Source of the DNA: Leucoraja erinacea
Lineage: Eukaryota
Direction of reading: 5' to 3'
Length of the DNA stretch: 64,000 bases
Assembly: GCF_028641065.1 (NCBI RefSeq)
Contig: NC_073402.1
Location: forward strand, 21,576,001-21,640,000
The notes under the pieces are model-generated. The model saw only the letters and a list, made by a program, of their open reading frames with translations. It was not told where the DNA came from and did no database searches. Below, piece after piece: positions 48,242 to 62,012 of this stretch (position 1 is its first letter; each line of letters starts with the position of its first letter). A program made the position numbers and the translations under genes.

Positions 48242-48664
48242 ATGAACTCCTTATAGGTTGTATATTGCTCTACATACTTCGGCCTGCACCATTATGGTCT
48301 TGCTATCTAGTATAACTGATAGTGTATACTATTATTGTTTAGTGTGTGTTTATTTGTTGTGCTTTTGTATTATTTTACCTGTAAAGCTGCAACAAGTAAG
48401 AATTTCATTCTTCCATTCCTGGCGTATTTGACAATTAAGCATTCTGGACTCTTGAAGTCCAGATATCAGTGTAGCCTGGATAGAATGTCCAGATAGTGCT
48501 GCCATACGCCTGCTGCTTTTGTTCTTTGGTAAAAGTTGTGATTTTGTTAAGGATTGGTGGTCAGACCCTCTTTCTTGTTGAAGTTGGTTATATCTTTTAA
48601 TCTCTATGGCAGAAATGCTGCTTGCCACTCATCAGGCGACACGTGTCCAAGTCTTGGGATATAG

Positions 48665-48996
48665 AAAGCCCTGTCCCACGGTACGAGTTCATTCCAAGAG
48701 CTCTCCCGAGATTTAAAAAAATCAAACTCGTGGTAAGCATGGTGAATGAACGTAGCAGGTAAGTCGGAGCTCGGGGACGTCACTTAGCGGCTCGTGACGC
48801 TAACGGCAGGTACTCGGGAAGACTCGCTAACGGCAGGTAAGCACGGGAAGACACGTGAAGATTATTCAACATAATGAAAAATGTCCACGAGAGTACCGAG
48901 TACCGACGAGTGGCCATTACCGTAAATCTCCAAGTTCGAATCAGGGCAAACTCGGGAGAGCTCTTGGAATGAACTCGTACCGTGGGACAGGGCTAT
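48665..48996. mobile_element. PIF/Harbinger-like MITE
   Basis: About 40-bp perfect TIR core AGCCCTGTCCCACGGTACGAGTTCATTCCAAGAGCTCTCCCGAG; TAG on both flanks. Confidence 0.8.
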
Positions 48997-50091
48997 TAGG
49001 GCAAAAAAGAATATACGACTTGATTATCTAAGGAGCTTTTCCACCATGATTCCCATTGATTTCAATGCTGCCACACTGTCAAAAATAATCATACTCACTT
49101 TGCCCATGGAATCCAGCACTCTATTCATTTTGGTCTAAGACTACAATGAGCTCTAGTCTGAGATCAAATCGAGCAATCTGTGAACAAAGTAAATACATGA
49201 GATAAGTACATCAGACTGTGATGCAGACTCATTTACACTTTCCATCATTTTATTGACAAATAATAAGCTGTGGTTGCCAGCTTTATCATGTTTATTGTGG
49301 GCTGGATATGTCTGAACTATTGGAATATTGCCATGTTCAGCTGAAAATCCGAAGGAGTCTTAAAAATATATGACTCAATCACACTTCTTTTATCTGTAAT
49401 TATTTGATTGGAGGCAGCTTTAAAATGAATGCATTTTATTGCAAAATTGCTTCCTAGCCAAGGGTGAAACAAAGCAGAGAGTTAAAGATGAAATAGCGAA
49501 ATAGGAAAGAGAGCAAAAAACAGGTAGAATTAGAGCACCGAAAAATGTTAAAAGGCCGTCTTTAAAGGCAATCTATCCAAATGTAATCTGCGTCCACAAG
49601 AAAATAAATAAATGAATGAATGAATGGCAAAAATTGTCGCAAATCAATGGATTCAAAATGTAAAATGAATTGATATTTAAACAGACCATTTTAATTTGTT
49701 TTCTGTACACTTATATTTTTAAACAATGCCAGATTTTACCAAATAAAACTGGAGACATAAAAATCTTGAACAAAAAGTCTTCATTCCCAATACACTACAA
49801 AAGATAACCTCTGTAGCTCAGAAAAACCATTCACATTTAATCTGCAGTTGGTCCTTCTGGAATTCAGCTCATTTGTAAACTCCAAAAGTTAACAGGTGGG
49901 TTATAAGAATGAAGAGCTTACCAGAGTCACAAATGAATTTTTAACACCTCTTTTTATTGGCATTTGTTTTTATTAAAGCTGGAATCAATAAGCATTTACA
50001 TAACCTACCTAATCTGCCTAATCCTGACAGCAGAACAGTGAAAACCGGAGAAATAATTCTGCCAGAAGGAATGAAGAAACAAACAAAAATG

Positions 50092-50468
50092 GGCGATGCA
50101 GCAGTGGAGCCTTGCAGCACTAGAGACCCAGGTTCGATCCTGACTACAAGTGCTTCTTCTGTACGTTCACCCATGATCCTTGTGGGTTTTCTCTGATCAT
50201 TTTGGTTTCCTCCCACACTCCAAAGACTTACAGGTTTGTTGGTTAATTGGCTTGGTGTTAATGTAAACATAGAAACATAGAAATTAGGTGCAGGAGTAGG
50301 CCATTTGGCCCTTCTAGCCTGCACCGCCATTTAATATAATCATGGCTGATCATCCAACTCAGTTGGCTCTAGTGTACGTAGGGCAGTGTTAATGTGTGGT
50401 AATCGCTGCTCGGCTCGGACTCGGTGGGCCTGTTTCCGTGCTACATCTGTAAAATTAAAACTAAACTA
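50092..50468 (+). mobile_element. V-SINE with an inserted antisense CR1 3' end (~50264-50363)
   Basis: SINE consensus interrupted by (AAACATAG)n + CR1 hairpin. Confidence 0.72.
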
Positions 50469-50534
50469 AAAATTCAATATCGCTTATTAACTTTGGACAA
50501 ATTCCTTACAAAATAGAGAACTTCCTATTGAACC

Positions 50535-51565
50535 AAACATAGTATAGTATAGCACGGGAACAAACCCTTCAGCCCACCATGTCAATATGAACCATAATGC
50601 CAATCCAATTTATCCCATCTGTCATCACATGTTCTGTATCTCTCCATTCCCCGCTGTTCATGTGTCTGTTTAACCATATCTTAAATCTTTCTTAAATAAT
50701 TATACAGTATCTGCTTCTACCACTTCTCACAGGAGTACATCTACCAGGCCTCTGCCACTTTCAGTGTACAGAATTTTCCTCGCAAATCGCCTTTAAACCT
50801 TACTCACTCTCATGTTAAACCTGTGCCCTCTGGTATTTGATATTTTAACACTGGGAAAAAGACACTGTGCAGGGTCTCATAATTTTATATACTCATCCCA
50901 AATCACCTCTCAGCCTTCGACGCTCCAGGGAAAATGATCCCATTTATCCAGCTCCTTACAGCTAATACAGGCGGCCTCTATGTTATAGGCAAGGTTGCAT
51001 TCCTAGAAAATGGTCCCTATCACAATTTTCCATAACTCAAGGCCGCATCATCTCTGCATGTGTAAAGAAACACGAGTTGAAATTAACATTTTGTGTTTAT
51101 TTATTTACTTTTTTATCACACAAATTCCCTGGGAGCAAATTTCATTCCATACCTCAAGATTTTGGGTAGTGATTTGTGAATTCTGTAAGGGTGAATTTCC
51201 TTACCTCAAACACCTGTACACCTCAATCCAGGCAACATCCTCTGCTCCCTCTCCAAACGATCCGCATCCTTCCTATAACAGGACAACCAAAACAGCACAT
51301 TGTACTCCAAATGTGGCCTAACCAACGTCCGCCAAAGCTGCAACATGAATTCTTGACTCTTCCATCCCTCGGTGGGAACAAGTTTCACTTACTCTCACAG
51401 TGTGTGTGTGTATACTGTACCAACATTTAAAACTTGTTCAGACAGGTACATGGATAGGAAAGGTTTAGAGGGATGTGGGCCAAATGCGGGCAGGTGGGCC
51501 AAGTGTAAACGGCACCTTGGTCGGCATGGGAAAGTTGTGCTGAAGGGCCTGTTTTGAGCTGTCTG
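50535..51565. mobile_element. Cluster of old CR1 fragments
   Basis: TLVRPHLEY.V.FW..Y.KD (ORF 51206..51388), DRYMDRKGLEG, and CR1 3' ends. Confidence 0.65.
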
Positions 51566-52321
51566 TGTTACTGTAGGAAATGGGATGGTCAAATATAAAA
51601 GTTGCCTTGAGAACCCAGCAGCTGAGAACACATGAGCTTTCAACAGGTAGTGAATCTGATTGTAGGTTTGGCTCCAAATGTGTTTCTTCCATATCCAGAG
51701 GATTAGTTGGGGAGAATCTGTGTCAAGTGGGGTGTACACTGATGGTATAATATTGTTTTATTGTGATATTTTCTTTGCACATGACTGAGATAGCTCTGCA
51801 GGCAAGATCTCTGGATTCATTCCAGTGCCTGGATACAGCACTTGAGACACATCTGGTCATGAAAATATCGCCATTTAATTTAGTATTCTATTTCCATCAG
51901 CTGACAATTCGCTTCATTGTGCGTTTGCTGGGTGTTTTTCTGTAGTTGCTACAGAATCCATTCCGAAGGGTTTTAATTCATCTTTTCATTGATTTTCAAG
52001 GTCAAGCGGTGATGGAGTTACAAAGAACTAGGCATTTCTCTGAGAATCTGTCCTTAGAAATTCAATGACATAACATTGTTTTTTTTAATCCAGTGTTTTA
52101 CCATTGAAGGCAGATTTATTTTCTCATTGCAAAACGCATCTAGTTCATTTCTCCTCATTACAACTTGCACTTCAGTGGGTTTATTCCCCTTTAAATCCTG
52201 CTGTGATTTTCACTTGGGGGGTGGGGGGGGCTGTCGAAGGATAATAACTTTCCGCATGGGCGCTCTAGAGCCCTTATGGGGCAACTTGGACCTTGCTCTG
52301 GACTTTGATCTGGACTGCCAA

Positions 52322-52610
52322 GAGTTTAGTTTAGGTTAGAGATACAGCACGGAATTAGGCCCTTCGGCCCACCGAGTCCGCACCGACCAGTGATCCCCGT
52401 ACATTACCTACACACTAGGGCCAATTTACACTTATACCAAGCCAATTTACCTACATACCTGTACATCTTTGGAGTGCGGGAGGAAATCGAAGGTCTCGGA
52501 GAAAACCCACGTGGTCATGGGGGGATCGTACAAACTCTATACAGACAGCACCCATTGTCAGGATCGAACCCTGGTTTCCGGCACTGCAAGCGCTGTAAGG
52601 CAACAACTCT
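52322..52610 (-). mobile_element. V-SINE (HE1-like)
   Basis: SINE consensus. Confidence 0.8.
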
Positions 52611-53044
52611 AGGGCCAGGAAGCTAGCCGGCCGAGTCTAAAAATGGCCTTTAACTTTCGCCCTTCCCATACCAGACCCCACGAACAACCTGTTCCCCAAT
52701 CGCCTGTCCATTCCCCATACACCCCCCCAAAGACTCCAATACACTAACTTACAACACATGCAAAAAAAAGTTGATTTGTTTATTGTAGGGTTACCGAACC
52801 TGAATCAGAAGTGCTTGCGTGATTTTAAATTTTGTCCAATTCTGATTCCAACGCCATTTCAATCATCCCAGGCCTAGGCCCCAAACTGCAGCTCTGCCAT
52901 TTCACCACCCTTATTCAAACTGGCTGTAAATTGAGCCCTCATCACCAATCTACATTCAAGCATTGCTTATTCTCAAACTACATCTTCCCCAGTATCATCA
53001 TTCAAAGGATTAGAATGCACGACAACACAAAACATAAACAAAAC

Positions 53045-53700
53045 TAACAGGAATAAGCCGCCAAGTCCCTCAAGCCTGCCCTGTCTTTCAATATGATCAT
53101 GGTTGATCTACCTCAGGCCTTGACTCGTCTGGGCTAGATCTTCCTAGTCCCGAATTCTCAGAGTTACCATACAAATATGTTTCCCTATTTTAAATAGTTC
53201 TAATGATTTAGCCTTCATTCACTCTGCAGTTGCACATTTCAGTGATTAATTACCGTCTGCGAGAAGAAATTCCCATGTACCTTCATTTTAAGCAACCTCC
53301 CCTTTTCTTATAACAATGTCCCTTAATTTGAGAATCTCCCATCATGAAAATGTGTTGCCATCTACCTTCTTATACCCCCTCTTTGGATCTTGTACGTTTC
53401 AATGTGGTCACCCCTCATTCTTCTAAACTCCAGAGAAGAGAGACAAAAGTTCAGCTTCTCTTGACGGAACAATCCTCTCTTCCCAAGGTGAATCTCCTTT
53501 TGACTGCCTCTAATGCTACTTTGTCCTTTTTAAAGTACGATGGCCAAAACAATGCGCAATATTCCAGGTGTGGCCTCACCAGCATCCTGCAAAACTGTGA
53601 CAATTCTTCTAACTTTGCAATATAGGTTAATATGCCATTGTCTTCTCCCTTCACCATTCTGCTAACTTATTGTGATCCACGCACAAAAGTACCCAGAGAA
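53045..53700 (-). mobile_element. Old CR1 LINE fragment
   Basis: LVRPHLEYCALFWPSYFKKD..ALEAVKRRFT (ORF 53451..53657). Confidence 0.72.
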
Positions 53701-54871
53701 TTTCAAAGCACTGTTCTTTCTGATCTTTCCTGCCCAGAGATAAGGTGTCTTTGAAAGCACCGATATATGGTTTAGTTATTTAACAATTGGGACCTTTATT
53801 GAAGAATTTCCATTGGACTGATGTAGCCGTTTTTGCATAGATCTTGGTCATGAGAAAATATGATTCCCCAATGATAAGCTTCATTCAGAACCATCTATTC
53901 CCCATTCTCCACAGCAGCAACGAGTAGCAGTTTGGGGTTACTCTCTCTTTGATTTAACCGCACCAGCAATTATATGGTGCATTCGCACACTAGAAAACGT
54001 TGCTGTATCTCACAGAATGGAAACTATTAAAAGTGCAGTAATTAACAACCTCTGGGTAATCCAGCAACTAATCTGTCTGAAATCATCCCATAAACATCAT
54101 CCCATAATCTTTTTTTGTCTGAAGAGGGATCTGAAGACCTAATGTTGCCTGTCTATTCCCTCCACAAATATTGCTTGACCCACTGAATTCCTCCAGCACT
54201 TTGTGTTTTAATCTTTTGTGTTGTAGTTTCAGTTAAATTATATTGTCCAGAACAGTGGGAATACTTGACTATATTCTTTGAATTGCCCAATAGGATTGTT
54301 AACGCCCTTCTGAATGGACAGACAAGACCCAGCACTAAAGTGTAATGATAATCTATAGGGATTGACTTTCTTTCCTGAAGAAAAAAACTTGACTTCCACA
54401 ACATCAACAACTTCTATTTATATAGTGCCTTCCGCATAGCAAAACATTCTAAGATACTTAAAAAGGAGCATTGACAAAACAAACAATGCCATCCCAGATC
54501 AAAAACCTGGTTGAAGGGTTAGATTTTAAGAAGTATTTTAAAGGCGGTGTGAGAACGCAATGCCTAAGTCATAACTGATCCCGGAGAAGCTCAGGTATTC
54601 AATGGTAAAAAAATGTATACAGGCTCACACACACTAAACCAAATATTTGCATCCGTTTAGATTTTTAGGGAAGAGACGCACTAATCCCAGTCGTAGCTGA
54701 AATGGGTCAGAGGCGTTTTCTAAGTTTTGAATTCTGTCCAGTTCACATTCCATGATGATGTTAGAAATCATTCAGTCTTGAAATAGAAGAAACTATGTCA
54801 AGCATCTGATCCAAATAAAGAGTTGTAAACAAAGTATGTGGATTTAAATTTGAGGTTGGTATGCAAGAATT

Positions 54872-54946
54872 AAAGGTTTAAATGCTCAGGTAGTCTGAAC
54901 CTTTTATCAAGGTTTAAACGCTCAGGTAATCTAAACCTTTTATCAA
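54872..54946 (+). repeat. Two-copy ~37-bp tandem duplication
   Basis: AAGGTTTAAAYGCTCAGGTARTCTRAACCTTTTATCAA occurs twice. Confidence 0.8.
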
Positions 54947-55244
54947 TGTACCAAATGAATAGAGGAATCTAATGAAAGGTAGTTTAAGTCTTTTCATCTG
55001 CTGTGTAATTAAATATACATTAGTAAACCGATATTCTAGCAAAGGACTTGATTAATTCAGAATCAGATTAACTCAAGATTCAGATTAATTGATTGCTATA
55101 TACACCAGGATGCAATGGCATTCCTTGTTCACATGGAGCACACAGAGTAAACTGTATGCAAACAGAAATGATAAATACAGCAATAAATGCAATATTGAAT
55201 GCAAAGCAGCAACATGGTACAAGGCTGTAGTGCAATTCAAAGTA

Positions 55245-58200
55245 ATAATAATAATAATAACTTTATTTGTTAAGCACCTTAAAAACAACCAAAGCTGACC
55301 AAAGTGCTGTACAGAAAAAAGAAAACAAGCAAGACATCATAAAACAGGCAGAACAACAGAACATACAACTAACACGAGGCGCATAAATTACATACAAAAA
55401 TCCAAACAATAAATTAAAAAACATAAAACACAAGTACAAACAACGCAGCAAAACCAAGCAAATAAAGTTAAAAAACAATTCGACACCTCACTGGTCTACA
55501 AAGGCCATGGAGAATAGATATGTCTTCAGGAGTGATTTAAAAACAGCTAGAGAAGGGGCCTGTTTAACGTGCAGAGGCAATTCATTCCACAATCTCGGAG
55601 CCGACACAGCAAAGGCACGGTCCCCTCTGAGCTTCCGCTTAGTCTTTGGCTCAATCAGGAGCAGCTGATCATCTGACCTGAGAGAGCGGGAGGGCGAATA
55701 AGGGTGAAGAAGCTCAGATAGGTAGGACGGGGCAAGACCACTTAGGGATTTAAAAGTAAATAAAATAATTTTAAAACGAATCCTATACTGAATAGGCAGC
55801 CAGTGGAGAGAGGCCAAAAGGTGAGAAACATGATCATGCTTTCGTGTGCCTGTCAAGAGACGAACAGCTGCATTCTGTACCATCTGGAGACGGGCGATGG
55901 AGGACCGACTAACCCCCAGATACAGTGCATTGCAGTAATCCAGCCGGGTGGTAACAAAGGCATGGATTACCGTCTCAAAGTGCTTCCTTGACAAAATCGG
56001 CTTTATTTTTGCCAGCTGCCTCAGATGGAAAAAAACAGATTTAACAACAGCCCTTACCTGACAGTCAAATCTAAGCTCAGGGTCCACTTTAATCCCCAGG
56101 TTCGTGATGTTAGGTTTGAGATATGCAGACAAAGAGCCTAGATCAACAGGGGGGGCCCCAGAGGTGCCACCAAAGATCATTACCTCTGTCTTGTCATCAT
56201 TAAATTTTAAAAAGTTCAGTGACATCCAGGCCTTTATGTCACTGAGACACTCAAGCAAGAGGCCGACAGAGTGTACACCCCCCTTTCCCAGAGGCACATA
56301 AAGCTGACTGTCATCAGCATAAAAGTGGAATGAAATCCCGTGCTTCCTAAGGATGGAACCGAGTGGGAGCAAATAGAGTGAAAAGAGGAGAGGGCCAAGA
56401 ACTGAGCCCTGTGGGACCCCACACGACAGAGGAGCAGAGGAGGATACAGAGTCCCCAAGGCTGACACAAAAAGTTCGATCAGCCAAGTACGACCTGAACC
56501 ACTCCAGTGCTATGCCCCTGATACCCACCCACTGCTCCAAACGGGAGATCAAAATTTCATGATCCACTGTGTCAAAGGCAGCTGACAAATCTAAAAGCAC
56601 GAGGACAACACAGTCACCTTGATCAGTAGCCCAAAAAATCATTAAAAACCCACAAAAGCGCCGATTCTGTGCTGTGCCGGGACTTAAAACCGGACTGGAA
56701 AACCTCCAAAACGTCATGTTTCTCCAAAAAGGGCCATCAATTGCCTGTGCACGATCCTCTCTAGGACTTTTGATAAAAAAGGTAGTTTGGAGATAGGCCT
56801 GAAATTGCCAAGAACTGCAGGGTCAAGAGCAGATTTTTTAATCAGGGGTTGTACTACTGCATGTTTAAAACACCCGAGGACAAACTGCTATTAACGACAG
56901 CGATAACAGATGGTCCTACAGTGGGCAACACCTCCTTAAACAGCCGAGGAGGAACAGCATCATTCGGAGAACCTGAGGGCTTTGAACGACCAACAATCTC
57001 ATGCAAAAAGGAGAGAGACACCGGCTTAAAATGATCAAATACAGCCGTGCATGGAACAGATACCGAGGGGTCATAAGCAGATGGTGGGATTAGAGCTCTA
57101 AGCATAGCGACCTTATCAACAAAAAAGCGGAGGAAGTTCTCACACACAGCAGGGGACGCCTCCATACAGACTGCCTGCGGGGCATTAAGAACTGTGTTAA
57201 TGGTGTTAAACAAAACACGAGGGCTGCGGCAGTCAGAGAGGATAATACCTGAGAAATGTTTCCTCTTAGCAGCTTTCACAACTTTCTGATAATGGCACCA
57301 ACTCTCCCTCAACATTTGAAATGACACCTGCAGTTTGTCTTTCTTCCACTTCCGCTCAGCTCTACGACACTCGCGCCTGACAGCACGAGTCGTGTCATTC
57401 ATCCAGGGCTCAAATTTAGTTTTAGGCTGCCTGAACTTCAATGGAGCCACAGTGTCCAAAACAGTCTGGCAGGTGGAGTGAAGCCATGAGCTAAGCTCCT
57501 CTGTATCACACACAGACTCAGGAACGATGGAGTTCAGAGCAAAAGCAGCCGAGAACTGAACAGCAGTGGAAGGGCTAACAACACGACAGTGCCGAGCAGG
57601 AGCGCGAGGTCGAACTGCAGTAGGTGCAATAATAACCTCAAATAACACAGGCATATGGTCGGAAAACACGGCATCACAAATCACTAGATTAGAAACGGGC
57701 AAACCATATGATAGGACAAGATCAAGCGTGTGACCATGCTCTTGTGTGGGTCCTGACACAGATTGTACAAGACTAAATGAATCAATGAGGTTCAAAAAGT
57801 CCTTTGCCATAGGCTTTTCAGGACAACACACGTGAACATTAAAATCCCCTACAATAAGTACACGGTCATATCTAGGCATGATTTCAGCCAGGAAAATAGA
57901 AAAGTCATTTAAAAAGTCCTTATTATACTTTGGAGGCCGATAGACCAGAGCACACAACACTGTGTTAGAGCCAACCAGCTCAAACAAACTTAATTCAAAA
58001 CTTGCTAAAGAGGATGAAAGCAATAGCTGTTTACATTTAAAATGACTCCTAAAGACAGTAGCTAGTCCTCCACCTCTGCCCGACGTCCGCGGGGAGTTAA
58101 GATAGCAGCAATCAAGGGGTAACATCTCAGCGAAAGCGCTGGACTCACCAACACCCAGCCATGTCTCAGTCACACAGAGGAGATCTAACCCTCTGGATTC

Positions 58201-58798
58201 AAAAAAATCTTTCAAAATAAAAGTCTTGTTCACCAGCGACCTAGCGTTCACCAGGGCAATCTTGACAGGAACAGGCTGGTCCACGGCGTCCGATGTCAGG
58301 GGAGCCCGGCACAAGGGCCGCAAGTTGAGGAGATTTAAACCACGCCTGCGGGGTCGAGGAGAGGAGGGGCCACAAGGGAGGAGCAGTTCTTCCGGGCCAA
58401 CGGCAGGCAGCAGGCAGCAGCCATCAGGGTCCAACGAGCGTCGAGGAAGAATAAGAGAACGACCAATCCCAGTCCAGGAAGACACAGGTAAACTCGCCAG
58501 ACAAGCCTTCAGCCTCACCAACCGGCCGCCGCGTTTACCCCGGCGACGTTTACGCTTACGCCGAGGAAGTGGAGCCAGGACAAGGCAAAGGCGAACCGGG
58601 GCCCTTGCCAGAAGAGGGGGTAACGTACCGCGGCCACCACCAGCCAAGTCCACTGAACAAAGATCCAGCAGAGTTTGGCGATCATAGACCAACAGAGAGT
58701 CGACATCCAGGGTAAGAATCGAAACAATTACAAACAGCACACACAATTCCGAGAGCAACTGACGGCAGGCCACACACACCGGCGCCATCTTGGAACGG
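55245..58798 (-). mobile_element. Near-full-length single-ORF L2-clade LINE (APE endonuclease + RT), frameshifted
   Basis: ATG at 58788. APE motifs NARSL, VTETWL, GRGGG, YRPP, GDFN, GHTLDL, SDH. RT motifs [30 protein letters not shown]2 C-terminus LHWLP..GDRAF..LWN..LKT.LF. (ATT)n tail; AAGTA on both flanks. Confidence 0.93.
55488..58788 (-). pseudogene. L2 ORF2 (endonuclease/reverse transcriptase), broken by ~3 indels between 56630 and 56870
   Basis: ORF-track entries 56854..58842 and 55488..56717 are bridged by an out-of-frame segment [36 protein letters not shown] and [16 protein letters not shown]. Confidence 0.88.
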
Positions 58799-59471
58799 AA
58801 GTAGTGCAAAATAATGTTAAAATACAATATAAGAATAACCAAATGGGATAGTTTTCAAAGTAAGAGTATATGGCAGCACCCCCAGGAAAGGAATGTGAAA
58901 GGAGTGATTGCTTCAGGAGTGTGATAGTATCACGGAAGAAGCTTAATTCTCTGGGCTCTCAAGCTCCTTTATGGAGGTGGAAGGTGACTGTTAGTGACAG
59001 GCACCAACTAAAAGAGTGATCGACAAGTGCTGGAGGCTGAGAGTTCTACTTTATGACTGCCTTGAGTCAAAGATCTGGAACATATTCAAGACTACTACAT
59101 CTAGCCTGAATGAGTGTACCTCAATTGTCATTGGTTTCATCAAGAAATGCCTCGATCATTGCTTTCCGAAAAGATAATGAGGGTCTCTCCCAACTCGAAA
59201 CCTTGGGTGAACAGGGAGATTCCTTCTCTGTCAACTTCATGTAACATGTTGCCACTCTCCAGCAACACCTTAAATAGTAATCAATGCAAACAGACGGAGG
59301 GACTGTTGATAGTTGACACTGTTGATGGGGATGCACCATCCACAATCCCACTATAACTGCTTCAGAAGCAAACAATATTTTAGGAATATAAAAACAAAGA
59401 ATGTATTTTGGAAATTAAAGCAATCAGTATGTCAATTAATATGTATAAATGTCATAGAACGTTGTGAGGAT

Positions 59472-59775
59472 GGGCACGGCGGCTCAGCAGTAAAGTTGCT
59501 GCCTAACAGCGCTTGCAGCGCCCGCCAACCGGGTTCGATCACGACAACAGGTGCCGTCTGTACAGAGTTTGTACGTTCTCCCCGTGACCCCGTGGGTTTT
59601 CTCCGAGATCTTCGGTTTCCTCCCACACTCCAAAGACTTTGGCTTGCTATAAAATGTAAATTGTCCCTAGTGTGTGTAGCATAGTGTTAGCATGTGAGGA
59701 TCACTGGTAGACGCAGACGCGGTGGGCCGAAGGGCATGTTTCCGCACTGTATCTCTAAACTAAACTAAACTAAAC
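59472..59775 (+). mobile_element. V-SINE (HE1-like)
   Basis: SINE consensus with (TAAAC)n tail. Confidence 0.82.
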
Positions 59776-60057
59776 TTTAGTTTAGCAACAAGATTATATA
59801 GTTCTGCAAACCAGTTCGACCAGTCCGTTTGGTCATACACTGAACAAAATCCACTTCAACCCATTTATTTTCCATAACAAATATCAATCAATCTCAAATT
59901 AACCTAATCTCAAATCCTATTTGCAGAAAACAGTTCCAAATTTTCACACCGTCTGTATGTGTAAGGATTACCTGACAATAGTGTTGAAAGGTCTGGCTCC
60001 AATGTTCAGACCGTGCTCCTATTCCATGTTACCACAACCAGAGAAAATAAGAAGTAT

Positions 60058-60515
60058 TTGTGTAAGAAGGAACTGCAGTTGCTGGTTTAAACCGAAGATA
60101 GACATAAAAAGCTGGAACTCTTTTCATCTCTGAGCATCTCTGGAGAGAAGGAATGGATAACATTTCGGGTCGCAGTCTCACAGTTACCCAGGGAGTTGTG
60201 AATCTGTGGAATTCTCAGTTGAGGCCAATTCACTGGATCTTTTCAAGAGAGCGTTAGATTTAACTCTTTGGGCTAAAGGAATCAAGGTATATGGGGGAAA
60301 AGCAGGAATGGGGAACTGATTTTAGATGATCAGCCATGATACATGATACTTAAGATACTTAAAAATAGCATAGTCAGGGGATATGGGGAGAAGGCAGGAA
60401 CGGGGTACTGATTGGGGATGATCAGCCATGATCACATTGAATGGGCCGAAAGGCCTACTCCTGCACCTTTTGTCTATTGTCTAGCACCTATTTTTCTATG
60501 TTTCTATGTTTTTCT
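60058..60515. mobile_element. Penelope mini-element fragment followed by nested CR1 3' ends
   Basis: Consensus matches to both families. Confidence 0.65.
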
Positions 60516-60807
60516 AAGTACACCCACGTCAGTGTGTGTGGTGCCAAAATAGATTTTGCCTAAAAAAATCATCTCCACTGCCAACTGATTCTAAACTGAA
60601 ATATAGCCCCATTTTACATGAACTGTACACAAAAGCAAGTTGCACTACACTGCTGCATCTCTCCATATTGGCCATCTCAAGCTTATACAGTAAATCCTCC
60701 TAACTACGGATCTCTATATAATGGATTTCAGTTTGAAGTGACAGAGGATAACAGTGGGCTACTCTGGAACTGTTTATGCTGCTTTAAACTGGATGCAAAG
60801 TGACATC

Positions 60808-61152
60808 AAGTGTTGGAGTAACTCAGCGAGTCAGGCAGCATCCGTGGAAAACATATGCAAGAAGAAACTGTAGATGCTGGTTTACACCGAAGATAGACAC
60901 AAAATGCTGGAGTAACTCAACGGGTCAGGCAGCATCTCTGGAGAAAAGGAATAGGTGACGTTAAGGGTCTCAACCCTCTGAATTACTCCAGCATTTTGTG
61001 TCTATCCCTGGAGAACATGGTTAGGTGACGTTTTGGGTTGGGACCCTTCTTCAGGCTATGTTCTCGTGGATGCTGCCTAACCCACAGAGTTACTCCAGCA
61101 CTTTGTGTTTCTTTATTTTTGTAAACCAGCATCACCAGTTGCTTCTTTCTCC
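60808..61152. mobile_element. Nested Penelope-derived mini-elements
   Basis: Several alternating consensus copies; flanking CAAAGT-N2-CATCA duplication. Confidence 0.72.
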
Positions 61153-61712
61153 TCAAAGTATCATCACTGAGTTCTGTGGAGTTTACTATTTAGAATGCTG
61201 ATTGACGGCGTTGGTCTATCGTTTTTAGTTTTAACTTTAAACTTGTGCATGCAGATACTCACTGCATTGATTATATACAGGAGTTTCCAGTTTCAGGTCA
61301 GATGTGGAAAGATGTCAAGTTCACTCTGACCTGCACTTGCCAACACCAAAAAACGATTTGAAATTTGACTGGCTTTTAAGACAGCAACTTTGAGTTCAGA
61401 GAACGACAGCAAATATTTATCTTCTAACCACAATTCCCAAAGATAAGCTGGCCAACAGCATAATTAAAGGCAAGACTCCAGCTAAATCCCTTGAGTTTTA
61501 ATTATTACCAGACCAACTAAATAAAGATAAAAAGTAAGTTTACATCTCAGAAAATATGACGGGTTTCTTTTATAAACCTCTCCTTTTTTTTAAAACATAT
61601 TTGACAGACTGGTTTAGTAAAAGAGCAGAGCAATGTACATGCCTTCTGGGTAGGAACCAGGTAAGAGTCACATTGAATCAAGGTGAACAGAAGATCACAG
61701 GTTTAACTCCTG

Positions 61713-62012
61713 GTTTTGTTTAGTTTGGAGATACAGCCCTTTAGCCCTCCAAGTCAGCAGCGACCAGCGATCCCCAGACATTAACACTATCCTAAACACA
61801 CTGGGGACCACTTTTTTACAGTAACACCAAGCCAATTAACCTACAAACCTGTACGTCTTTGGAGTGAGGGAGGAAACCGAAGATCTCGGAGAAAACCCAC
61901 GCAGGTCAGGGGGAGAACGTACAGACTCAATACAGATAGCACCTGTAGTCAGGATCAAACCCAGATCTCTGGCACTGGAAGTGCTGTAAGGCAGTAGCTC
62001 TACCGCTGCGCC
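61713..62012 (-). mobile_element. V-SINE (HE1-like)
   Basis: SINE consensus. Confidence 0.82.

Noticed and set aside
58226-58687. 153-aa antisense ORF in the L2 5' region
   Set aside because: GC-rich shadow frame of the sense ORF with no recognisable domain.
55227-58809. GTAGTGCAA as a 9-bp TSD of the L2 element
   Set aside because: The left copy is separated from the tail by 8 nt; the adjacent shared sequence is only AAGTA.
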